Below, piece after piece: positions 1 to 10,400 of a stretch of 32,000 bases of DNA. The notes under the pieces were generated by a model, which saw nothing but the letters and a program-made list of their open reading frames with translations, had not been told where the DNA came from and did not search any database. Within the stretch, counting starts at the first letter, position 1. The number at the start of each line of letters is the position of its first letter. A program made the translations under genes and the position numbers. Origin of the DNA: Paramicrosporidium saccamoebae KSL3 (Eukaryota; Fungi; Cryptomycota); the NCBI GenBank assembly GCA_002794465.1, contig MTSL01000219.1:41459-73458 (forward strand), given 5' to 3'.

Positions 1-3000
1 GGACTACATTTTGGAAAATTCAAAAAGCAGCAACACAAAGGTACGCTCATGAACTAGTGACATTGATGTGCAAGTACTTGGCGCTGCAAATCTTAGAAAA
101 ACTTATACAGACACGATGGAACGCGCTCCCCAGGGAGCAATGCGAAGGTATGAGGCTTAAACGTGGCTTTGACAGTAGGAATTAAGAATTACATTGTGAC
201 TCTGGTCATTCGCTACTCTTCAGACGAGGCGACAATGAAGCAGGAACGGATTCTTATTAGTAAGCTCAATTTAATTCTTGTCCAAGTGCTTAAGCAAGAG
301 TGGCCAAAGAATTGGCCCACGTTTGTTTCAGAGCTTGTATCTTCCAGTAGAACCAGCATCTCTCTCTGTGAAAACAACATGGCAATTTTAAAGTTGCTGA
401 GTGAAGAGGTGTTTGACTACTCGGCTGAGCAAATGACAACTGTGAAGGCAAAGAACTTGAAAAGCCAGCTGTGTGGAGAGTTTGCCGAAGTATTCCAACT
501 TTGTACAGAAGTATTGGAAAAGGCACAGAAGCCGTCCTTGATTTCGTCCACGCTGGAAGCGCTCCTACGTTTTTTGAAATGGATTCCATTGGGTTACATC
601 TTTGAGACTGCTCTGATTGAAAACTTGAAAAGTCGTTTTCTCACAGTGCCACTATTCAGAAATGTGACCTTGAAGTGTCTGACAGAGATCAGCGCACTGA
701 CAATCGGGTCGGAATACGACAACAAGTTTGTCGCTTTGTTCCAGAGTGTTATGGACTCGCTGTCTCTGATGATCCAATATTCCCAAGATTTAGACTTGGC
801 AAAAGCATACCAGAATAGCTCTGATGAAGAACAGAAGCTCATTCAAAATTTGTCGCTCTTTTTTGCTACTTGCCTTGGGAATCATCTAAAGGTCCTTGAG
901 ACACATGTGAACCGCGAGGTTCTTTTGTTGGCGCACATGTATCTGTTAAAAATATCCCTCGTGGATGACCGCGAAGTGTTCAAAGTCTGTCTTGAATATT
1001 GGACTAAGCTTGTGAGTGATCTTTATAATGAGTATCCTTTTGTCGCAATGGAGTCTAGTGGTCTTTTCCTCGGGTCTATTGCCCATACCAACTCTCGCCG
1101 TGCTCTCTATGGAGATGTGCTCTCTTCACTTAGACTCGTCATGATTGAACGCATGGTGAAGCCTGAAGAAGTTTTGATTGTGGAGGATGAAAATGGCGAG
1201 ATTGTTCGTGAATCGATCAAGGAGACTGACACGATAACCTTGTACAAGAGCATGCGCGAGGTTCTTGTCTTTCTAACTCATTTGGACTATGAAGATACTG
1301 AAAATATCATGACCGAAAAGCTGTCTCGTCAATTTGACGGTTCCGAATGGAGTTGGAACAATTTAAACAAGCTCTGTTGGGCAATCGGTTCCATCAGCGG
1401 GGCCATGAACGAGGAGGTGGAGAAGGGATTTTTAGTTAATATTATTCGCGACTTGCTAGGCTTGACGGAGATGAAGAGAGGAAAGGATAACAAGGCTGTT
1501 GTCGCTTCAAACATTATGTATATTGTTGGACAATATCCAAGGTTCCTCAAGGCCCACTGGAAGTTTTTAAAGACTGTCATCAACAAGCTCTTTGAATTTA
1601 TGCACGAACTGCACGAAGGAGTCCAGGACATGGCGTGTGATACGTTTATAAAGATATCGAAAAAGTGCCGTCGACACTTTGTTGTCCTCCAGGTTGGGAG
1701 CACTACACCTTTTGTGGATGAAATACTTGCCAAGTTGCCATCAATTATTTGCGATCTTCAGCCCTCTCAAGTACATACATTTTACGAAGCCATTGGATAC
1801 ATGATCCAGAGTCAAACAGACACTACCCTTCAAGGAGCTGAGATTAGCCAGCTAATGTCCCTTCCAAATGGATCGTGGGATACGGTTATTTCGGCTGCAG
1901 CACAAAACGTTGAAATCTTGAAGAGTACCGAGACTTTAAAGAGTCTTTCAAACATTCTTCGGTCCAACGTCCGAGCATGTGAGTCTATTGGACCCGCTTT
2001 CTCGGTCCAAATGAGCCGAATCTACATGGATATGCTGTCGCTATATCGTGCCGTGAGTGGCATCATTTCCGACTCGGTTGCCCATCAGGGTGTCATAGCA
2101 ACAAAGACTCCGGTCGTTCGCGCTATGAGAGCAGTTAAAAAGGACGTCCTTCGCCTTGTTGAAGTGTTCATAAGCAAAGTTGAGGACCCCCAGGCTGTAG
2201 CCCAGAGCTTCATCCCTCCGCTTTTCGATGCAATTCTTGGTGATTATAGTCGGAATGTCGAGCAAGCTCGAGACGCCGAGGTTCTCAGCGTTACTGCGGC
2301 TACAATCAATAAGCTGACTATTCATATGGAAGACAAGATTCTGCCCATTCTGTCGGCCGTCTTTGAGTGCACGCTAAATATGATCAACAAAGACTTTGCA
2401 GAGTATCCCGAGCATCGCGTAAACTTTTTCAAGCTCCTCTCCGTCATCAACAGTCATTGCTTTACTGCACTGTTACGTCTACCGCCCATGCAATTCAAGC
2501 TGATTGTGGACAGCATTCTCTGGTCAATCAAGCACACACATCGAGACATCTCCGACACTGGCCTGAACATGCTTCTTCAACTACTTCAGAACATGTCGCA
2601 GGCGGATCCCTCAGTGTCCTCGACCTTTTACCGCGACTACTTCCTCAATCTCCTGCAGGACATTTTCTATGTGCTTACGGATACTGATCACAAGGCCGGT
2701 TTTAAATTCCAGTCTGCCATTCTGGCCAACATGTTCCAGGCCGTGTCTTCTGGGTCAATCCCATCGCCAATTTTCGATACCTCCAAGCACCCGAACATGG
2801 ACAACCAAACATATTTGAAGAGTCACATGTTGAACCTTTTATCCAACGCATTCCCACATCTTCAGAGGACGCAAATTGAGACGTTTGTCTGTGGCCTGTT
2901 TGACCTGAATCAGGACTTGACAACATTCAAAGCCCATCTCCGTGACTTTTTGATCTCGCTGAAAGAATTTGCCGGAGACAATCAGGAATTGTATCTTGAA

Positions 3001-3108
3001 GAGCAGGAGCTGGAACAGGAACGGAAGAGAAAGGCGGACATGGAGGCTGCTATGAAGATTCCTGGTCTTGTTAAGCCAATTGACCGACCTGACGATCTGT
3101 CGGACTAA
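1..3108 (+). CDS. CRM1: Exportin-1 (CRM1/XPO1), 5' end outside the window; introns at 41-74 and 148-178
   Basis: Long ORF 163-3108 with CRM1 motifs (LKQEWPKNWPTF, WSWNNLNKLCWAIGSISGAM, KRGKDNKAVVASNIMYIVGQYPRFLKAHWKFL, EGVQDMACDTF). Removing two GT-AG introns restores the N-terminal TKYLALQILEKLIQTRWNALP in frame. Confidence 0.97.
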
Positions 3109-3528
3109 GTCGTCTTGGATCACCTCTGTAAGAGAGTATGTCTACAAACCGGGATAAATAGTCTTTACTACAAGTATAAGCCTTATGAGTATATCCACGG
3201 GTTAAAAACCCCCCCAATAAAGGGTCTTCTTTACTACAAATATCTCCACCGACCAGATGTCCCTTTGGTGAAATCATGGAGCGATTAGCTATGTATCTGT
3301 TGTTACATGACTGAATGTGGAAAAGAGGTCAGAGATGAGGAGCAGACAGATTGATCCTCCAATACGCCTATGTTTTAGCATATTGGCACTATACTGGAGA
3401 GTCCACACCAGCTGATAATAAACCGTCTCCTGTCGCCCATCTATATTGATATCATGGTCATACTCCCCACCATGCAACACTTCCGATCAGCCGTTTGATG
3501 TACCTTGGGCTTAAAATTCTAATAATAA

Positions 3529-4602
3529 ATGATTTCATTGTTGCACGCAATGCTCAGGTTCTCTTCAGTAAAGCTCGGAAGTGCGAGGTTTCTAAAGGAA
3601 CTCAGGAGCCTCCACACGGAGGCTCTTGTGAGTCCTATCAACAAAATTTTGAAAGACGAACAAATTAATATTGAAGAGGGACAGCCAAAGCAAAGCTGGA
3701 AGAATTATGAAAAAATGTCTCGTCTTCCGTACGTTCGATTTAATGCGCTCGAACCAATCGTTCGAAAGGAGATAGAACGATCACAGACAGAGAAAAAATT
3801 GCACCTGTCCACTTTGCCTCGCTTCTCCTCCCTCTTGAATGGACTACGACCAAACGAGCTGACAATATTTACAGGACCCACTGGCTGCGGCAAGACAACA
3901 GCACTTGTACAAATGAGCCTGGACTATTGTCTTCAGGGTGTGCGTGTATTATGGGGAAGTTTTGAGATACGAAATCCTCGGTTGGCTCAGGTCATGCTGC
4001 AGCAGCTTGCAATGACTCCACTCGTTAACGAGGAGACTAACACTTTTGCCGAAAAAGAGTATAGCGCTGCTTCGCAGAGGCTTGGGGAAATTCCAATGCA
4101 TTTCATGAATCTCTTTGGTTCTACAGGATTGGATACAGTTTTGGACACTATGGAAATGAGTATGAGGATAGATGGTCCCAAACCACAGCTTATTATCCTC
4201 GACAATTTGCAGTTTATGCTTAGCGGTCAAGGATCTTCGTCGTTGGACCGGTGGGAGTTGATGGATCGGGCTATTATTAATCTTCGAGCTTTTTGTAGTG
4301 CTTACCCTGTTCATGTGATACTCGTTGTGCATCCGAGAAAGGAATTGGACGACACATACTTGGGAATCGCCAGTGTCGCGGGAACTGCAAAAGCTACTCA
4401 AGAAGCTGACAACGTCTTTATCTTGCAGAAACTTCCAGACAAGCGATATCTAGAGATCAAAAAGAATCGATTCCATGGAGAACTTGGTAGAGTAAGGATA
4501 GGATTTGTTCCATCATCTAGAATGATTGTTGAGCAACGCGAGGAGGAAGAGCCTTCAGCCGCAGCGCACAGCTCGGCTGATGACCAAGGAGTTGATTTTT
4601 AG
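3529..4602 (+). CDS. TWNK: Twinkle-like mitochondrial DnaB/SF4 helicase, helicase domain only (357 aa)
   Basis: GLRPNELTIFTGPTGCGKT (Walker A), VLWGSFEI, LIILDNLQFM (Walker B), HVILVVHPRKE, GTAKATQEADNV and KKNRFHG match Twinkle motifs. The N-terminus is Arg/Ser/Leu-rich, like a mitochondrial presequence. Confidence 0.88.
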   Translation: MISLLHAMLRFSSVKLGSARFLKELRSLHTEALVSPINKILKDEQINIEEGQPKQSWKNYEKMSRLPYVRFNALEPIVRKEIERSQTEKKLHLSTLPRFSSLLNGLRPNELTIFTGPTGCGKTTALVQMSLDYCLQGVRVLWGSFEIRNPRLAQVMLQQLAMTPLVNEETNTFAEKEYSAASQRLGEIPMHFMNLFGSTGLDTVLDTMEMSMRIDGPKPQLIILDNLQFMLSGQGSSSLDRWELMDRAIINLRAFCSAYPVHVILVVHPRKELDDTYLGIASVAGTAKATQEADNVFILQKLPDKRYLEIKKNRFHGELGRVRIGFVPSSRMIVEQREEEEPSAAAHSSADDQGVDF

Positions 4603-4851
4603 AAAAACGACAAAGTAAGGTTTTATTATAGATGTGGGAGTAGGACTATAGCATTGGTACGACGTAATGCGTGACCTTTATATGCTGGTTCTTAACACTA
4701 GTTGTGGGTCATAAAGTCCTGTTATCTGCTCGGGCACTTTTTACAATAGTCATATGGTCGGGCATTTCTCACAATATAGCGGCTTTTATTGAAAACTCTT
4801 GTCCATTATATACCAACTTTCACAGAATGTCTCACCATCTTGACAGTCAAT

Positions 4852-7353
4852 TTAGGACGTCATCATCATGCGAACAAGACGCATCACAGTCTTGACTTTC
4901 TTATTGACTGGAGAGTTCGACGGTGTTTCAGCAAAAATTACTCGTAGATTTGAAAAGAGCTCGTCCAACACGGTGGAACAGGTGTCAGCGAGTTTAGGGT
5001 CCAAGGATATGCTTGGATCCATGACGGTAAATAGCTCGGCCAGCCAATCCAGCTTTACCTCGGTCAGCGTTGCCAGATCAAAGCTGAGCTGCTGGATGAG
5101 AGACAGCATCACTGGAGGCCGCATATCTGGCGATTCGAGAAGACTGGCAGCATCTAAACGAGGAAGGATCCAATTCAGCATTGGGATGTCGCCAACCTCT
5201 AACAATTGAATCAACGCCATGCACCCATCTCCGGCACGGATCTGGCTGTCCAACTCCTCAGCCCGAGTTAGTTGCGGGGCCGCAACCGGAGAAAACGACT
5301 GTCTAATCTCATTACTGACACTCTGCGCCAGCTCCTGGGCAGATGGGAGCTTAAAAGCACAATGTTGCAATTCAACTACCGTTCCGCGTAGCTGCGTCAA
5401 CTCAGACATGATGACTTTATATTGCTCGATCGTAGAGTCAACAATGGCTTGTGACAAATTAGCAGACAATTGTCCAACCAAGTCTGTCATTATAGCCTGG
5501 AGTCCAGGGAGAAGACTATTTTCTACCGCCTCCTTCACAGACTTATCCAGAGAACTCCGAAGAGACTGGCCGATTTGATTTGCAACAGCAGCGGCTAGCT
5601 TATCAGGCTTCCCAACTGACCGATTAAGGACATCTTCGCACTTTTGCACAATTTTTTGCTCAAGATTGTTCATGTTGCTTTCAACCGCAGGCAAAATACG
5701 CGAATTCAATAATTGGGATAGTTCCTGTTGGTAATTTGGTGTGACCGTTTTCTGAGTATCTTGAACTGAAGTGGTTGAGGAATTGGATCTCAAGGAGTCT
5801 TCATTCGGCCGTGGCTTCGTCTTGATATTCTGCTTTCCTGGAGCGATGCCAATGTCAGTGCTGGCAATTGCGAGTGGGGTAGGAGTAGCTCCTCCACTGG
5901 CACTGCTTCGGCTAGACTTTCTAAGAATGTCTTGGGAGGGAGAAGGCAAATGAGCTGGCTCTGTCGCCGACTTGGTGCTCTCCCAATCAATACTAAGACG
6001 ATGCATCTTCACCGAATCCTTGTGATAGGCATACAAAAACATGTCTGCATCATTTCCTACCTTTGAGAATACACTATGAAGCTGGCTAGTCGCAAACACA
6101 CTGACAGAAGTGCTATCGTTTGCCCAGGAGCCCGCAGACACAATGGGCTCTGAGAAGCTTGAAAGGCAAACACAGATGATCCGAGACGAATCTAAGGATC
6201 CCACACAAAGGGTAGAGGATATTTGATCAAATACGGCAAATTGTTGATCAGGACTGCCAGGCAAGGGCATGGAAATGATAACTTCGGCCGTCGGGTCATA
6301 CAAAGGAATTATATGAAGTTGCTCATTCTCAATAGCAGCTACGGCTATCATCCCCAGACAATGGGACAATAGCCAAACACGCCGTGCACCTTGCATTAAA
6401 GAGATCGTCTGTGCCGAAAATGTCTTGTCAAATGACTGCACAGATAAAATTGCAATCTTTTCCAGACTGGCAACATAGAGGAAGCCCCCGTCGTCACCAA
6501 ATTTGGCAGCATGAATAGAGTCCAAATCCGTCATTAGAGTTGCGACACGGCTTCCAGCTCCCACTGAGAGGAGGAAGAGTTCGGGACCAGCTCCATACAC
6601 TACCAGTAATGGCGTAGCATTGCTGTCATTCCAAACGACTCCGCGAGCCGGCTGAAGCTCTGGAAATGTGGTTGCCGAAATCGGCTCATAAACCAAAGTT
6701 GAATTTGATTCTGCGTAAACTGCCCCGATGCAAACTTCTCCACCTTGAGACACACTGGCGAGGAGCTGTTGAGAGGGATGTGCATGAAGACCCGCGCCTG
6801 AATCAACAGCAGATTCCTGCATGCTCCAGGCTATATCAACTATTGGGACGCGGGTGGCATCGTGAAGGTCCATAAGTCCCATGGCAGCATTCTCCTGGGC
6901 AATTAGTCGAATCTTACGGTCGTTGAGGACATAGGCAATGCAGTGCCGAGTGGCAGTAATTAAATTCCCAAAGGGATTGGCACGATGGCTCGGATGCTTC
7001 ACTTGAGATATGGCTGTGGAATCGCATTTTACCGCATCCAAATGAAGCTCTTGTAGGGACTCTGCTGCGCTTTGCACCTGAGACGCATATCCTGAGGCTG
7101 GCCGAAGCAGTTCCATTAAATGAGAGCCAGCGTCGAGGGGAGAAGGGCTCTTGGACACGGCGCTCAGTTTCTTGGCTACAATGGGAGGTCCCTCTCTGGA
7201 GGGATTGGGTAGAAGCGTTGCTAGGAGAGAATTCTGTAGAGGAGATGCAGAAATAAAGTTGTCTCTGTCATTTAGTCTCGTAGCTGAGCCCTGCAAAGAC
7301 CGACCAGTGGTGGCGCTCTGCAAAAGTTCTAAAAGTCCCTCGTTATCTTCCAT
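4852..7353 (-). CDS. EDC4: Enhancer of mRNA decapping 4 (EDC4/Ge-1/VARICOSE-like)
   Basis: 833-aa ORF with an N-terminal WD40-like region (GNLITATRHCIAYVLNDRKIRLI), a Ser-rich linker, a helical coiled-coil region, and a Ge-1-type C-terminal domain (PPVMLSLIQQLSFDL...KLDWLAELFTVMDP). Confidence 0.8.
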   Translation of the reverse strand: MEDNEGLLELLQSATTGRSLQGSATRLNDRDNFISASPLQNSLLATLLPNPSREGPPIVAKKLSAVSKSPSPLDAGSHLMELLRPASGYASQVQSAAESLQELHLDAVKCDSTAISQVKHPSHRANPFGNLITATRHCIAYVLNDRKIRLIAQENAAMGLMDLHDATRVPIVDIAWSMQESAVDSGAGLHAHPSQQLLASVSQGGEVCIGAVYAESNSTLVYEPISATTFPELQPARGVVWNDSNATPLLVVYGAGPELFLLSVGAGSRVATLMTDLDSIHAAKFGDDGGFLYVASLEKIAILSVQSFDKTFSAQTISLMQGARRVWLLSHCLGMIAVAAIENEQLHIIPLYDPTAEVIISMPLPGSPDQQFAVFDQISSTLCVGSLDSSRIICVCLSSFSEPIVSAGSWANDSTSVSVFATSQLHSVFSKVGNDADMFLYAYHKDSVKMHRLSIDWESTKSATEPAHLPSPSQDILRKSSRSSASGGATPTPLAIASTDIGIAPGKQNIKTKPRPNEDSLRSNSSTTSVQDTQKTVTPNYQQELSQLLNSRILPAVESNMNNLEQKIVQKCEDVLNRSVGKPDKLAAAVANQIGQSLRSSLDKSVKEAVENSLLPGLQAIMTDLVGQLSANLSQAIVDSTIEQYKVIMSELTQLRGTVVELQHCAFKLPSAQELAQSVSNEIRQSFSPVAAPQLTRAEELDSQIRAGDGCMALIQLLEVGDIPMLNWILPRLDAASLLESPDMRPPVMLSLIQQLSFDLATLTEVKLDWLAELFTVMDPSISLDPKLADTCSTVLDELFSNLRVIFAETPSNSPVNKKVKTVMRLVRMMMTS

Positions 7354-7472
7354 GTGGATTTAAATATTTAATTTCCTTGATTAAACTAGTTATTGCGATC
7401 AATCGGCCATCCTCGCAGCAGTGCCAGACTATATCGATGGTTTTCATTTAGATGCTACTACAAAGTACTTTA

Positions 7473-10400
7473 TCAGGAAGAAGAGAGATTGGAACTGCTC
7501 AGACAGCTACGGGAGATTGCCTCAAAAACTCTCTCGATATCAGGGGTTGCTCGTGTAAAGGAAAGTTCCCAAAATCTAAATTGCGGGTTCTTCACCAGTT
7601 CAATAAAAGTCACCATTACCCCCCATGGATGTGGTCTATGCACAATGAGGCGCTCCAACAAGACACGGGTGATTGATTCTTTAACAGACTCGGTCAAGGA
7701 GAAGAGACAAATCACGACTGAATAAAACAAACTCGTCGTCATGCAAGGAAAAGTCAACTGATCGACTACTGAACAGATTACAAGATACCGACCATAGCTG
7801 TCGCATTCTTGATAGGCGTGTCGGATAAATTCCACGATTGGGCTGTTCTTACTAATGTAATCACTCAATTCGGTGCCCTCTGGAACACTCGCGAGAGTTG
7901 ACAGCCCCAAATAGGCAATTAGACAGTCAATACTCCTTAAGCTCCATCCGTGGAATGATTGCGGCGAGGCGTCCCGGCAAAGTGCCAGCATTTGGCTTCC
8001 AACCTGTAGATTTTTCGAGTTCTGTACGTACTCTTCGGCCAGCGCCTTCATGTTTGAGGAGAGCCGGCTAGCCATTTCAGCTAGACGTGACAAAGTATCA
8101 GCCTCCTTGGACATGACAGTGGATACTGAAGCTGTCAATGGATCCGGTAGCGACGAGGTATCCGAAATTATTTCTGGAACTGCAGACAAAAGAGTGTTAC
8201 GAAGCTGCACGGCAGAAGGTGGGATCATTGCACTCATTCGTGCGCCGTAGATTACGAAAAAGTCTTGACAGTCGTGAAGGATGACAAGGAAGCTACGAAG
8301 AATCCCACGATACAAGGCACGGGTGGAATCTTGCGCATCAAAGTCAACCAGAAGCGGATAGGAAAACTCCAAGTATTCGGAAAGCAACTGTGCCAATATG
8401 GGCCACCCACGACGTTCCGGCGAGGTGAGCAGGCGAGGCAGAAATTCTCGATTGATAATGAGCTCAAACCAGCCAAAAGCAAAACTTGGATACACTGAAG
8501 GACTGATCATGGCGTAAAATGTGCTTAGATTTTCGATAACTGGCCAAGTTTCCTCATAATTCCTCAAAATCTCAGCAGCCAAGGAGACGTACAGACGAGC
8601 AAACGGACGCTGCAGATAGTCCAGGCCCTGTTCCAGACCCTGAATTAAAATGAGACCAGAGACACTGTGCACAATGGTAACAATTCTTAAAGGGTCAATC
8701 CCAACACCACCTTCTGCTCCCGGATGGAATCTTAGAATCTGCCCAACAAGACGAGCAAAGGCATCAATGCTTCTGTAGGCGAGGATGGCAGGTGCACGGC
8801 GTTGCCTGACATACAGCTCAATGCAAAGCTCAGTACAGATTTGGAAGAAGGGACGGGCAGAGGCTTCGTCGGACAGGAAACGTCTTTGAAATAGCTGAGC
8901 AACAAATGACGAGATGAGCTTGTCCGAGATGGATGGATACTGGCAGAGTCGGAACCAATCAGTAAAGCAAAACGTTATTTGGTCACGAAGTAATTGCGAT
9001 TCTGGCTGTGGTGCTTTGACCATGACCGCAATATCTTGGAGAAGGCATGATATTTGTGATCGGCTAGAGTCTTCCTGCACCAACTTTCCAAGAGATTCTA
9101 GTGAATAGACAAAGTCGTACGGTGCAGCAACTGGAGGATCGCCAAAAACGCACTTCCTAATCAACTCGACTGCAAAAGAAGTTGCGAGTTCACGACCAGC
9201 ATCAATCTGTTTAGCCAGTTGGCCGTCAAAGTCCAGGACGTATATTAGCCCAGATCCAAAGAGAGCGGCCGTTGCCAAAACACTATATTTTCGTTCGTCA
9301 GTCGAGTGTACAACCCAGGTGGTCACTTCTTTGGCTGCTTTCGACGAAAATTCGAAAATTTTGATGAGAAGCAAGATTATAACGTCTACATAGAGCGGTG
9401 ACTCGGTCTTGTATAGGCCTTGCATCAGGCGCTGGGACATTAGCAGACACAACTCGTCACGGTGAATTGGTGAAGACGAAGCCAGCAGTACAATTTGTTT
9501 CATCAAAGATCTAATTTCATGAGAAGGAGGCAATTTTGAGACAGTGTCTTCGGGCAAGGGGACAGATGGTGTAATCTTTTCAATTGCAGCAACGAGATCG
9601 ACAAACTTTAGACAGACCGACTCGAAATACGCATCTAAACTTCCATCCACTGCAGGCACCCCAGGGCTCAACAAGCCGCCATCAGATTTTCCTTGAATGC
9701 TAGTACCAATGTTCGAAGCCGATGACAGCAGTTGCGCCAGTCGTTCAAGTTCTTCAGGTGATGCCGGCTCTGATTCTACAAACGGCAATGCAGCCAAATG
9801 AGCTGGCCGTGACTTTCTAGCAAATTCGTCGTAGGCACGTAGCTGCTCAGCTGAAATTTTTGCCGTACCTGACGAGCGTGGCCGTGAGTCAATTTCCGAC
9901 AATATAACAGCCTCAATCTGTGGTCGAGATCTCTCGAGAGCAATCTTTTCAATGTATGCGCTGGCCAAGTCCATGTTATCGTCGGCAATGTCTTCCAAAG
10001 CCATGTCAGGGATCAAATGCCCCATGCTAGCCCACTGGGAGAATAGTCTCAAATTGTTAATTAGATTGCCTTTCAGCGATTCACGCCCAAGAACAACCGC
10101 CATACTCGATGTCAATGCTGAAGCCATGTTGGATGCAGCCTGCTTGTAAACTATATTGTCAACTTCTCCCGAAAAGTCTTTCCCTGCGACAGCACGCGTC
10201 GTGGCCAATGCATTCTGCAAGGATCGTTGAGTAACAGATAGCACGACATCTCGAATTGCATACTCTACAGCAATAGCAGTGAGTCTTCTTAGGACATTAT
10301 TGATACGGGGGCTTCCAAGTCGGCTATTTAACACAACAAGAGACACAAGCGGACTATCAGGCCCCGAGAGCAAAATTGTGTCCTCCGCAGTGTCTGTAAG

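Noticed and set aside
4730-4776. Imperfect 19-nt direct repeat (16/19 identical) reading YCEKCP / YCKKCP on the minus strand, like a ZZ-finger relic
   Set aside because: The two copies are in different frames, each followed by a stop; the match is short enough to be chance.
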